NCBI GenBank assembly: GCA_964016885.1
Contig: OZ024748.1
Span: 44,144,001 to 44,208,000, forward strand
Reading direction: 5' to 3'
DNA length: 64,000 nt
From: Eledone cirrhosa
Taxonomy: Eukaryota
Below are positions 45,001 to 57,975 of this stretch, piece by piece; the stretch's first letter is position 1, and each line of letters begins with the position of its first letter. A program made the position numbers and the translations under genes. The notes under the pieces are model-generated. The model was not told the origin of the DNA. It saw only the letters and a program-made list of their open reading frames with translations, and did not search any database.

Positions 45001-46231
45001 TGTAGTAGTGGTGTAGTAGTGGTGTAGTAGTGGTGTAGTAGTGGTGTGGTAGTGGTGTGGTAGTGGTGTAGTAGTGGTGTAGTAGTGGTGTAGTAGTGGT
45101 GTAGTAGTGGTGTAGTAGTGGTGTAGTAGTGGTGTAGTAGTGGTGTAGTAGTGGTGTAGTAGTGGTGTAGTAGTGGTGTAGTAGTGGTGTAGTAGTGGTG
45201 TGGTAGTGGTGTAGTAGTGGTGTGGTAGTGGTGTGGTAGTGGTGTAGTAGTGGTGTAGTAGTGGTGTAGTAGTGGTGTAGTAGTGGTGTGGTAGTGGTGT
45301 AGTAGTGGTGTGGTGGTGGTGTAGTAGTGGTGTAGTAGTGGTGTGGTAGTGGTGTGGTAGTGGTGTAGTAGTGGTGTAGTAGTGGTGTGGTGGTGGTGTA
45401 GTAGTGGTGTAGTAGTGGTGTGGTAGTGGTGTGGTAGTGGTGTAGTAGTGGTGTAGTAGTGGTGTGGTGGTGGTGTAGTAGTGGTGTAGTAGTGGTGTGG
45501 TAGTGGTGTGGTAGTGGTGTAGTAGTGGTGTAGTAGTGGTGTGGTGGTGTAGTAGTGGTGTAGTAGTGGTGTGGTGGTGGTGTAGTAGTGGTGTAGTAGT
45601 GGTGTGGTAGTGGTGTGGTAGTGGTGTAGTAGTGGTGTAGTAGTGGTGTGGTGGTGGTGTAGTAGTGGTGTAGTAGTGGTGTGGTAGTGGTGTGGTAGTG
45701 GTGTAGTAGTGGTGTAGTAGTGGTGTGGTGGTGGTGTAGTAGTGGTGTAGTAGTGGTGTGGTAGTGGTGTGGTAGTGGTGTAGTAGTGGTGTAGTAGTGG
45801 TGTGGTGGTGTAGTAGTGGTGTAGTAGTGGTGTGGTGGTGGTGTAGTAGTGGTGTAGTAGTGGTGTAGTGGTGGTGTAGTAGTGGTGTAGTAGTGGTGTA
45901 GTAGTGGTGTAGTAGTGGTGTAGTAGTGGTGTAGTAGTGGTGTAGTAGTGGTGTAGTAGTGGTGTAGTAGTGGTGTAGTAGTGGTGTGGTGGTGGTGTAG
46001 TAGTGGTGTAGTAGTGGTGTAGTAGTGGTGTAGTAGTGGTGTAGTAGTGGTGTGGTAGTGGTGTGGTGGTGGTGTAGTAGTGGTGTAGTAGTGGTGTAGT
46101 AGTGGTGTAGTAGTGGTGTAGTAGTGGTGTGGTAGTGGTGTGGTAGTGGTGTAGTAGTGGTGTAGTAGTGGTGTGGTAGTGGTGTACTAGTGGTGTAGTA
46201 GTGGTGTGGTAGTGGTGTGGTGGTGGTGGTG
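42043..46231. repeat. 4.2-kb G/T-rich array: (GGT)n/GGTGT mosaic grading into the 11-mer GGTGTRGTAGT
   Basis: Direct reading; roughly 300 11-mers; virtually no C on the + strand. Confidence 0.97.
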
Positions 46232-46287
46232 ATCAAGGTTGCTTATCCTCGCTTTTAACTATCACCGCTACACCAAGCTGGCTTTCC

Positions 46288-46366
<79 letters not shown>

Positions 46367-46533
46367 GAACTCGATAGATAGATGAAGGATAAAGAGAGAG
46401 GAGGGGAGAGAAATCAGGAATAGAGAAAGAAAGAGGTGGAGGAGCGACAGAGAGAGAAAAGCGCGAAATGGAGAGTTAGAGAGAGAGGGGAGAGGAGAGG
46501 AGATGTATATATATATAGAGAGAGATGTATTTA

Positions 46534-46564
<31 letters not shown>

Positions 46565-46713
46565 GTGTATTTATATGGAGAGAGAGAGAGAGAGAGATGT
46601 ATTTATATGGAGAGAGAGAGAGAGAGAGAGAGATGTATTTATATGGAGAGAGAGAGAGAGAGAGAGAGAGATGTATTTATATGCAGAGGAAGAGAGAAAG
46701 GAAAAGAGAGAAG

Positions 46714-46744
<31 letters not shown>

Positions 46745-46968
46745 AGAGAGAGAGAGATTGATGTGTATATATGCACAGAGCGAAAGAGAGAGGAAGATAT
46801 ATATATAGAGAGAGAGGGGAAGATATCTATCTATCTATCTATATATAGATATATAGATATATAGATAGATAGATAGATATCTTCCCCCCTCTCTCTCTCT
46901 CTCCAGAGCGTGAAATTAATAAACATTCGTTGTACTGCCTCTCTGTTTTGTTCCTGTTCAAATTTTCC

Positions 46969-47082
<114 letters not shown>

Positions 47083-47329
47083 ATAGACAGTCCAGTATAG
47101 TAACTTATACAATATATATTCAGCAATGTTTCTGACGTAATAACTCACAACTGTGACATATATTCCGCCACTAAAATATATTATAAACATACGTTACATC
47201 TAATCTCTTTAAATATACACAATTTTTAATGATTTTATATTTCCCATGTTATAATAATCATGAAATTATAGTGTACAGTGCTCAGGTGCACTACAACTCA
47301 TCAAAGGTGCATATATAGTATATAGAATA

Positions 47330-47500
47330 ACTGTTTCTACTATTTGCACAAGGCCAGCAATTACCAGTAGATTACTGGTACTTTATTTTATCGACCCCGT
47401 AAGGATGAAAGTCAAAGTTAACCTCGGCGGGATTTGAACTCAGAATGGCAAGGGCCGTAACTCTATGCGTCAAAGAATGGCGTCCGACCCTCTGCCAATA
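47330..47500 (-). mobile_element. tRNA-derived SINE
   Basis: Same family as 30306. Confidence 0.75.
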
Positions 47501-47557
47501 CAAATGTCAGGAAAGTGAACTGTGTATAAGTCATGATATACACACATGCGCGCGCGC

Positions 47558-47593
<36 letters not shown>

Positions 47594-47663
47594 TAAGCAC
47601 TGTACACTATATATATATATACAATATATTAATAAATGGAAACTATATTTATAAAACCATAAT

Positions 47664-47729
47664 TATTTTAATATATATATTTCAAGGGCAGCCAAGGCAA
47701 ATTTTGGTGCGCTTTCATCAGATAAAATA
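47664..47729 (-). ncRNA. Hammerhead motif (family of 48692)
   Basis: tattttat-CTGATGA-aagcgcacc..ggctgccctt-GAAA-tatata-TA-ttaaaata. Confidence 0.65.
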
Positions 47730-47873
47730 CAAATTTGTTTTATAAATATTGACATAACCGCATAAAGACAACCTTAACGGTTGAGGTTCGCTATCCACTA
47801 ATCCGTTGAGTGCTTTATTTCAGTTATAAACATTTTAAAGCTTGTTGAACCCCAACAAATTAAATATAACTTC

Positions 47874-47939
<66 letters not shown>

Positions 47940-48194
47940 TTATAAAGACCATACAAACTGAGATTGCGGTTAAGAAGCTATTAACCACCTAAGCCAAAAA
48001 AACGAGCAAGCTAAGCGGATCAAACAAAATATGAAAAATGAATATGGTTCGTTGGAATACAGTTTTACAATAGATTTGATGAGGACGTACTGAAAAAACA
48101 GCGCAGTACCTTTGAAATATATATAATAAAGTATATATTTTGATTATGCGAATATTTTTCATTTGTTAACATTTTGAACAATATTAGAATTGAC

Positions 48195-48368
48195 AGTATC
48201 GGTAACGCATCGGACGCCATGCTTTGACGCATAGAGTTACGCCCCTTGCCATTCTGAGTTCAAATCCCGCCGAGGTTAACTTTGCCTTTCATCCTTACGG
48301 GGTCGATAAAATAAAGTACCAGTAATGCACTGCGTAATTGCTGGCCTTGTGCCAAAAGTAGAACAATT
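48195..48368 (+). mobile_element. tRNA-derived SINE
   Basis: B-box GAGTTCAAATCC plus conserved core; other copies at 50010-50160, 50865-50955 and 58570-58720. Confidence 0.75.
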
Positions 48369-48691
48369 ATATATATATATATATATGATGTAAGAAAAAC
48401 CACAAACCCTCCATCTCAACTCTACTTTTGAAAAGCAGAACTGCGAAACCGGTAAAGGAACCAAATAAATATATATATTTTTTTAAAAATAAAACTCCAG
48501 TTGCATTTTCGATTTCATCCTTTTTTCTTTATACTTTCACTCGTGTAGGACACCTCGGTTATTTTTCATTTTGTAAAAAAACCTCACTTTCTAATATATA
48601 TAAATATATATACTATCCGGGAGCTTCCAACAGAAATGATCGCATTCTTTAAGGATATGTCAATATTTATTTATAAAACTGCTCTATATTA

Positions 48692-48756
48692 TATTTTATC
48701 TGATGAAAGCACACCATAATTTAAGTTGGTGTCCTTGAAATATGTATAATGAAATA
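48692..48756 (+). ncRNA. Type I hammerhead ribozyme motif, intact core
   Basis: tattttat-CTGATGA-aagcacacc-loop-ggtgtcctt-GAAA-tatgta-TA-atgaaata. Confidence 0.8.
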
Positions 48757-48944
48757 AATATGGTTTTATAAATATAGTTTCCATTTGTTAATATCGTATT
48801 TTTACTCCAATTATTTGTTGAGTGCTTTATATCAGTTATAAAAATATTTGCTTCTTGTATCCCAACAATTTAAATAGAACTTTTACATATATATATAGTG
48901 TACAGTGCTCAGGTGCACTACAAATCATCAAAGGTGCATGTATA

Positions 48945-49019
<75 letters not shown>

Positions 49020-49225
49020 ACAAGTGGAAGCTTAGTAAAATCGAAACTTTGACTGCGGCCAAGCAAGATCGACCTATAATTAGGAATGAGTAGCAAAGCA
49101 CTCAAGGGTAGGTCCTCAGAATAATAACATACGTTTAGTTAGCTTGACAAATTGAAAATTGCGGCAGGCAAAACCCATCCATACAATACCAAAACAACGA
49201 AAAAACTAATCAGCAGGGGAGAAAT

Positions 49226-49585
49226 TTGTTTAGCAAGATTCTTTATCTGAAAACGTGTGTTAAAACCGATATTGTTATACTTTGGGAGGGTCATGTTGCC
49301 AATAAGAAACACACGCACCAGTTGTTCACACACAAAACAAGATGGCGTAGGACAGAACAAAGGAGAGGCACAAAACAAAGAAAAGAATTCCCAGTCACTG
49401 AAGAGGTCACAGAATGTGTGACGAAAGAACTTTGACAATATATGAACAACCGTCCGGTTGTGGAACCAACCAACCAACCGGAATTTTACAAATTTCTTAA
49501 ATTTCTTAATTTAATTTATAATAAATTGAACTGAAAGGAACTGGTGCGTGTGTTTCTTATTGGCAACATGACCCTCCCAAAGTAT

Positions 49586-49593
<8 letters not shown>
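49226..49593. mobile_element. Fold-back Penelope-like terminal fragment
   Basis: 49269-49322 is inverted at 49540-49593; central hammerhead. Confidence 0.7.
49394..49436 (+). ncRNA. Minimal hammerhead motif
   Basis: gtca-CTGAAGA-g-gtcac-agaatgt-gtgac-GAAA-gaac-TT-tgac. Confidence 0.72.
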
Positions 49594-49628
<35 letters not shown>

Positions 49629-50299
49629 TTTTCTCCCCTGCTTTTCATAAAAACAATAATTTATGTTAATGACTTTTCTATTTATTATTTTTGAGAGAGA
49701 GAGAGGGGGGTACGAGAGGGGAGAGGGGAGGGGTGAGTGAGAGGGGAGAGAGGGAGTCTGCGGTGCTGAGACTGGGTGGGGAGACCACTAATCACGAGAG
49801 TACTCAATGCCAGGGGAGATGCAGAATGGGTAGAGCGATAGGTAAAATCTTAAAAGAAAGCCGAAACCGCTTGGCGCCGTGGTCGGTATTTACCCCCCCC
49901 CCCCTTCTCTCCAAGAACATTTGTACACGATATTTGTGTCACTGGATATTTAGAACGGAACATTAGCAATGTTCAGATTGTAAAGCCAAGCATTTAAACT
50001 TTTCATTACCATGTTTTGAAGCATAGAGTTACGTCCTTTTATGATCTGAGTTCAAATTCCGCCGCGGTTAACTTTGCCTTTCATCCTTACGGGGTCGATA
50101 AAATAAAGTACCAGTAATGTACTGAGTAATTGCTGGCCTTGTGCCAAAAGTATAAACAATTATTAACTTGATTCTAAATGTCACACTTATATAAACGACA
50201 GCTGTTTATAGAACTTTTATTTTTTTAGGAATATTTTAAGTCTTTCAACCATTATTTACCATATAAATACATGTAACTCTTACATAATGTCATGAATCT

Positions 50300-50720
50300 T
50301 GGGTAATGATCGAAAGAATACGATCGCGAATACAAGCGTCTGAGATGGGGTTCATCCGAAGGGTCTTTTGTGTAATGTTACTCGATAAAGTGTGTAGCTG
50401 AGAGATCAGAGAGTCACTCCAGGTAGAGCCACTACTTCTCCGAATTGAGAGATCACAGCTCTGATACTATAGACATGAGGTTAGAATGTCTCCGGAAAGA
50501 ATCACTGGACAGATTTTACAGGCAAAACCAACCAGCAGGGAGACTCAGGGGTAAACCTAGAGCAAGATGGTTGGATAACATCCATGAGCTTAGCTGGTCA
50601 CGCTTGAGGATCCAGCTGGATCAGTTCGAGCCGGTTGCTTCTGACAAGACCTACTGGAGGGAGTGTTTAAGGACTCTACCCCCCACGACCCTCCATGCCG
50701 CCATAGAAACTGGAATAAGG
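50300..50720 (+). mobile_element. RTE-clade (Expander/Rex3-like) LINE 3' fragment, pseudogenised
   Basis: Manual translation WVMIERIRSRIQASEMGFIRRV...IRESLQVEPLLLRIERSQL...RGKPRARWLD with stops. Confidence 0.8.
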
Positions 50721-50968
50721 ACCAGCTTGATGATCTTTCGGACTCGAGACAAACCTTTAAGAAGGACTACACTATTAGTGTCCTGGTCTGATATAAGAAG
50801 GCAAGGTGTCATTTGAGAGAGATTTCAGAAAAGGAAAAAGAGAGACATTGATAGATAGGAAGAATCAACCTCAGTACTAAACTGGTATTTTTTTTATATC
50901 GACCTGGAAAAGATGAAAATAAAGTTGACCTCAGCAGAATTTGAACTCAGAACACAGAGAACTAGTAC

Positions 50969-51025
<57 letters not shown>

Positions 51026-51233
51026 GTTCAAGAGTAACCAATCTTAAAGAGAGAGATTGAGATAGTAGAGGAGATATGAGAGGAAAGATTGGTGAGTTAG
51101 TTAGAAGCCAAAGCGTAAAGGCATGTGCTCAATGTGCAATATGCAGTAGAAAGCAGCTAGGTGGCTGGGTTCATGCAGAGGTTAGGTGCACAGAGCTGGT
51201 GAAATTTGTGGTCTTGTTTTGCTTAACTAATGA

Positions 51234-51293
<60 letters not shown>

Positions 51294-51309
51294 ATATATA
51301 TATAATATA

Positions 51310-51340
<31 letters not shown>

Positions 51341-51385
51341 GTGACGAAACATAAGTCAATTGCATGAACTCATAATCCTTTATTT

Positions 51386-51441
51386 ACTGCTATATATATT
51401 TCGATGATAGCCATTGAATGGATATGACCTCATCAGGCAGT
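51386..51441 (-). ncRNA. Type I hammerhead ribozyme motif, intact core
   Basis: actgc-CTGATGA-ggtcatatcca-ttcaa-tggctatcatc-GAAA-tatata-TA-gcagt. Confidence 0.75.
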
Positions 51442-51510
51442 TAGTCAGTTCTTAGATATGCCAGCTCTGTGTTTATAGTGTTGATGGTATCAGAGCCTTG
51501 GAACACACAC

Positions 51511-51582
<72 letters not shown>

Positions 51583-51977
51583 TGTCAGTACCTGATTGGT
51601 TTCATGTTACTGGGTTCACATGTCGCAGTTTTCAATTTGTCAAGCTATCTAACGTATGTCATTACTCTAAGGTGACACAACTTTATTGAGTGCTTTGTGG
51701 CACATTCCTTATTGTATATCGTTAGCTTGGCCGCAGCCAAAACTTCGATTTTACTAAACTTCCATTTGTATATATATATATACAGGGTGTCGCCAAAAAT
51801 GTATACACACATTTATTAGAATGCTGTTCTAAGTATGTATATATTTTTGGGGGCACCTTGATGATTTCTTCCGAATAAAACAGTTCTAGTCCCGTAGAAG
51901 CCATTTCTATATTAAATATTTATACTCTGGTATGTATTGAGTACCTTACTTACTGTGGTTACCCCCGATTGAACCAG

Positions 51978-52006
<29 letters not shown>

Positions 52007-52008
<2 letters not shown>

Positions 52009-55000
52009 GGAGAAAGTTATAGTTCACTTGAAGCATTATGTAATGAGGTATAAACGTTTGTATTTGTAAAGCCAAAACAATGCAGGTATGGATATAGAAT
52101 ATAAATGCAAATGTAAAAGATATTGTTGACAATTAGTCTTTTACCTTAAATTTATTTAAATATCCTTAATTTTCGAGATAATATCTCTACTTCGGAGGGA
52201 AGTAAGTTGTTAAACCAGCGTTTTAAACTTGCACCTACCAACATGCTTCAAATCACCAGGCCTCAAACGATCACTTAGCTACATACAAAAATTCTGCCTA
52301 AGAAAACTCATACGACACCTACACCGCACGCTACACATACGTACTATTTCCAGCCTTGTACCACAACTCGCTGAAACCCCAGAACCTCTGTCCAGAGTTA
52401 TCTCCGCCGCTATAGACAGGTCATACCACCATCGCCGAGACTACGAGAAAACACGCCTATACAAAAATTTCTCAAACTCAGCACGGCCAACCGTCTTAAC
52501 AACAACCCAACTCTAAGCACCAACAGAGGCGAACAAGACGGTACCAACACCGAACCTAGCGGCGCCCCGACCAACAACACACCTGACGCAAAACACCTCG
52601 TCACAGACTTGACAGGATCCATCTCCCGAGAGGAATTAGACCTCCTCAGCCTGGGTCCTAAGTTCATATTGAAACAGAGACTGGACGACAAATTATGGCT
52701 CGACATAGAAACGAATTTCTGTCGGGCTGCCTACCAACTAAAATGGATATCGACTCTCGGCAACAACACCACGGAATCTAACAAACCCAGATTCCCAATA
52801 TACCAACTGGATCGCCCACTCTGTCCACCGCCTGCCAACCGCGAGCTTGAAGAAAAACTCTCGAGGCTAAAACATTCCGTATTTAACATCTTACGGAAAC
52901 AGAAGAAGATAGCCCCAAACCTCTCCAGGACACAACAACTCGTCCTGAAGAACCTACGGCATAGGGAACTTATATACTTACCATCCGACAAAGGTAAAGA
53001 GTTTTGCGTCATCTCTCAAGCCACATACAACAACCTAGCCTTTGAACACCTAAGCGACAATGAACTATATACAGAGATCCCGGACATGACTGCAGCCCAG
53101 ATCGAAAAACAGGCCAACTCCAACTGGTTCGACATCTGTAGGAGAAGACAATTCCCAAATAAAGTTAAGCTAAACTACACCACTAGAAATAGCAGACTGC
53201 CCACTTTCTACCACCCCATCAAGACCCACAAGAATAGTACTAAGACACAAATAAGACCCATCGTCTCTAGCATAGAAGGACCCCTATACAAAATCTCCTG
53301 GCTCCTCTCCCATGTCTCAAGCCTCTACTCCCCACCTTTCCCGGGCATGTCAGTAGCTCCGACGAAGTCATACGTAGACTACACCAACTCAAACCAGAAC
53401 AACTTAAACTAAATAGATACGCCTTTAGCCTCGACGCTGTCTCCCTCTACACTACAGTCCCCGCTCTTCCAGCTGTCGATTTATTGACGGACTGCGTGGT
53501 CGCAGAGGACATCCACTGCTACGGCCTCCATCCGACGGACATACACCAGCTTTTGTCCTTCACAGTGGACAACACGTACTTCACCTTCCACAACCACACA
53601 TACAGACAGACAACAGGATTACTCATGGGATCCAGCCTATCGGGCCTGCTGGCCATCACCTATATGAACCAGCTAGAATGCCGAGCCCTCAACACCTGTC
53701 ATTCCCATACCTTCTTCACCCGATATGTAGATGACATACTCATCCTTACATCATCCCGTGAGGAGGCGGATAAAATATACACGACATTCTCCAGCATGGA
53801 CGCCAGTATAAAGTTCAGCATGGAACAACCCGATGACCGCGGATCCTTATCCCTACTGGACTTCCAACTCAGGGTAACAGAGGAAGACAACATCCACACC
53901 TGCTTCTATAAAAAAGCCGCCAGCAGGGACCTGTTTGTACATTTCAGATCGGCCCTTCCCAGTCGACGCTAAGTTCGGATACATAAGGAACGAACTAACA
54001 CGTATCCGGAACAAATGCACCGACGCAAGAGATCGAGACACACACACCACACATTTCCTGGAAGTACTCAAACTGAACGGATACCCAACGTCCACCACGA
54101 ACCGTGCCAGAAAGAACAGAGGACACCACACCCGAGGCACTAACACTTGCTTCCTGAAGCTCCCACACTTCAGTGAGGAAACAACAACAGCCATCCGCAG
54201 AGCTATCAGATGAGAGGGACTAGATATCCAACTGGCCCACTCAGGACATTCTCTACGCGGATAGCTAACCAAAAGACACTCCACCAGACATGACAGCCGC
54301 TGCAGGCTAGCCAACTGCCCCATCAACGACACAGACCTATGCCACCAGGCTTACGTCGTATACAGACTAGAGTGCGACAAATGCAGCAACTTCTACGTAG
54401 GTAGCACCACCAGACCACTCCACATAAGAATAAAAGAACACCTCAATACTAACGCTTCCTCATTTAAGAAACACCTAGTGAAATGCAAAAACACCGACAA
54501 AAACATAAGAGTTAGGATAGAAACTAAGGAAAGAAACCTCGGCAATCTTAGAATTAAGGAAGCACTGATTATAGACAAAACAACCACCAATCAATAACAG
54601 ACTAGAACTCAACACCCAATTTATAACTTGATAGAACACCTAGTCCCATACTCCCCCCCTCACGCACACACACACGCACACACACACACACGCTTACACC
54701 TCCACTTATTCTCTCCCACATACACACATACACACACAAAGACTAGTTTTAACACGATAGAGTATCTATTCCCCACATTTACGTATAGACATATCTTCTC
54801 ACACTCACACACACACATACTTACACCTTCACGTATTCTCCCACACACTTAAACATACATGTACAAAACCCCTTTTAAAGGGAGACTACTCTTTATGCAC
54901 CTAACCTTCACTCTTTGACATTAGAGATAGAACAGATTGACTATACCATTTCCTGTCAGCATGACTTCGCAAGCTATTAAGAACGCTGGTTTAACAACTT

Positions 55001-55156
55001 TACTTCCCTCCGAAGAAGAGATATTATCTCGAAAATTAAGGATATTTAAATAAATTTAAGGTAAAAGACTAATTGTCAACAATATCTTTTGCATTTGCAT
55101 TTGTATTCTATATCCATACCTGCATTGTTTTGGCTTTACAAATACAAACGTTTATA
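52007..55156 (+). mobile_element. Penelope-like retroelement (RT + GIY-YIG endonuclease), 5'-truncated and decayed, with inverted pLTR copies
   Basis: Motifs LLSLGPKF, PSDKGK, IRPIVSS, SLDAVSLYT, QTTGLLMGSSLS, RYVDD; endonuclease CRLANC...VVYRLECDKC..FYVGSTTRPLHIRIKEH (54301-54441); 52049-52222 is the reverse complement of 54983-55156; several stops and frameshifts. Confidence 0.9.
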
Positions 55157-55357
55157 TATATATATAAACGTTTTGTTTGTTTACACTCGCGTCCCCTTTA
55201 TTCACGTGTCCCAACGACATTTTTTAGCCATTGCTCGCACCAACCGGAGGTATATGGTCTTTAAAGCGATGAAATGCCTATGATGGTTGGAAGATCACTG
55301 ATGAAGGACAAACTTTTTTCATATGTAACCCATTTGCAACTCCGCAGCGCCCTTATT

Positions 55358-55459
<102 letters not shown>

Positions 55460-56479
55460 TGCAAAGTCTGTCAACTGACACAGTTGTAGTGAACCAGATA
55501 CAGTTATCAACATATCTTATAGTTTCTCCTGTTACAATAAAATGGTGTCGTTCAGTTGATAAAACAATATATGACACTGGAGAGAATAGAATAAAGATCA
55601 CCTTGCCCTCAACATACCCACACCTTGCCCTCAACCCTCAACTTCCCCATACCTCCCCTCCTATACCTCACACCCAGCCCCACACCACCTCCTCCTTCTA
55701 CACTTCCCTACCTCCCCTATCCCTCCCCACTTCTAAACCTCCTCGCCTCTCCCACCTCCTGAGATATACCACCTAGACTGGGGTGTAGAGTCTGTCACTC
55801 TCTACCACAGCTGAGATATACCATCTAGACCACAGGTTCTCAACCCATTTAGGCCAAACACCCTCTTTTGTCCCTCGAAATCACGCCCTCCCCCATTTTT
55901 CCATTTTCCAATATATTACTGATTTTGATATCTGTAGATTACTGAAAATTTAACAATATTCCAAAGATACCATTGCAGGCAGCTGAGAGTATAAATACAT
56001 TCTTTGAAAGGAAATATATAAATTTCAAAAAAAGGAACATAAATGTTCTTTTTATGAATAAGGACCAGTTGAATTTGTTATATTCCCACCAGGCGTTACC
56101 AGCTATTTTAAACATTTATACAAGAGCAACTCTGTCTATCCAAAGAGTGCTCTTATCTGGAAGAAATTGGCAATTATATCATTTCAAAGCTTTTCAATTT
56201 TCCCTTTAATGAAACGGACAGAATAAATGTTGATATCTAACTTGATGTCCCCTCTGCTTTGTGAGCTTAGAGACCACGGAAGAGGGTTTTCATGACCATT
56301 CGGGAGGGTATATTTATTAGTAAATGGTAAAATATATACAACAAATGAGTAATTGAATTGTAGTAGATGGTTTCCAGTCCAGTCAGACTGCAACTACAAA
56401 TAAAAGAAACTGTTAGTTTTGTAACAATAGCATATCCAAGTTTTTGGATAAATCAACTTACTTTAACTTTGACCTTATT

Positions 56480-57540
56480 TCAATGGGACCCTTGAGCTTC
56501 ATGGAATCTAGCTAACTCTATGACGTCAGGCTGGATTTTCGTAAGATGTAGCCAGAGATCTCCACATGTAATTACATTGTAGCGGTTGCGAGCCTTACTG
56601 TGCAGTCTGGAAACAGCACCAAACCTCCTCTTGACTAAGTATGAGCTTGGAAAAGGCAGAGCAAATCTCTTAGCCTCTGCATGTAGGTGTGGAAATCGAC
56701 GCTGAATTTCCTCTTGCATCCAAAAAAGGGGTTCACCTATTTTGGGAAATCTAATTTTGATCATGTCATCTGCTTGAAGTTCAATGAATTCTTCCTGAAA
56801 TATAACGTCCAAATCATCGACGTTAGCTATGAAGGGATCTGCTACCCACATTGGGATGTCCATCGGCAAAAGGTCGACAAACCGTTCTCTCAGGTTGTCT
56901 TGTAGCGCACGGAGGTGAGCGGTATACATTTGGAGTTGGTCATCACTTACAATGTTTTGAACATTGGCGACACTAGGAAAATTATAGAATTCCCGTCAAC
57001 AAAGATTCCTTTCGATGACATTCAATTTGGCCAGGAATGTTTTCACAGCATTCCTTGTTTAAGTAAGGTAATCTTCTTCCCCTGCAAAGCCAACAAGACG
57101 CTAATGCATTTGTCAACGATGTCGGTGAGGTAGGCGCAGTTTTGCCTCATATCGAGGGTTTTCTTGTACAGTTCTGTGTTGCGTCCTTGCAGAAACTCAA
57201 TGATAGAGTCGAACAGTTCAAAGAAGTGAGTAAGGCACTTGCCCCTTGAAGGCCACCTCACTTCAGTATGAAGGAGCAACTTGACGAATTCTTCGTCATT
57301 ATCTTGGCACAGTTGCCGGAAAATTCGTTCATTGAGGGAATGCCGTTTGATAAAATTGATGACATTAGGGGCCACCTGCAAGGAATTGCTCAGTGGCTTG
57401 CTGAGTTTCTTCACAGCCAAGTGTTGTCGATGAATGACACAATGAACAACAAATACAGATGGATTTTCTCTCTTCAGAAGAGTGACGAAACCCTTATGTT
57501 GGCCGACCATTGCTCTTGCGTCGTCCGTAGCACATGATAC
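56480..57540 (-). pseudogene. hAT transposase fragment (Buster/ZBED8-SCAND3-like)
   Basis: TDDARAMVG, HCVIHRQHL, LLLHTEVRW, LPFPSSYLV, Q.SH C-terminus; frameshifted. Confidence 0.88.
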
Positions 57541-57544
57541 AATG

Positions 57545-57975
57545 TGTGTTGTATTTGGTCCTAGATGTATGTATTACCTGCCTGTGTGTTGTAGGTAGTC
57601 CTAGATGTATGTATTACCTGCTATGTATTGCATGTGGTCCTAGATGTATGTATTACCTGATTATGTGTTGTATGTGGTCCTAGATGTTTGTATTACCTGA
57701 TTATGTGTTGTATGTGGTCCTAGATGTTTGTATTACCTGCTTATGTGTTGTATGTGGTCCTAAATGTATGTATTACTTGCCTGTGTGTTGTATGTGGTCT
57801 TAAATGTGTGTGCTACCTCCTTATGTGTTGCATGTGGTCCTAGATGTGTGTATTACCTGCTTATGTGTTGTATGTGGTCCTATATGTGTGTATTACCTGC
57901 TTATGTGTTGTATGTGGTCCTAGATGTGTGTATTATCTGATTATGTGTTGTATGTGGTCCTAGATGTGTGTGCTA
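57545..57975. repeat. 40-bp minisatellite (about 11 copies) inside the hAT element
   Basis: Unit TTATGTGTTGTATGTGGTCCTAGATGTRTGTATTACCTGM. Confidence 0.9.

Noticed and set aside
42010-46236. 1408-aa Thr/His/Pro-rich ORF
   Set aside because: It is the translation of an 11-bp repeat whose minus strand almost cannot form stops. It has no ATG (TTG start, with an in-frame TAA just upstream).
46236-46285. tRNA-like A-box (TGGTGTAGCGG) on the minus strand
   Set aside because: No B-box or cloverleaf follows.
54211-54213. In-frame TGA in the Penelope ORF as selenocysteine
   Set aside because: The element also has TAG/TAA stops and frameshifts; CpG decay (CGA>TGA) is the simpler explanation.
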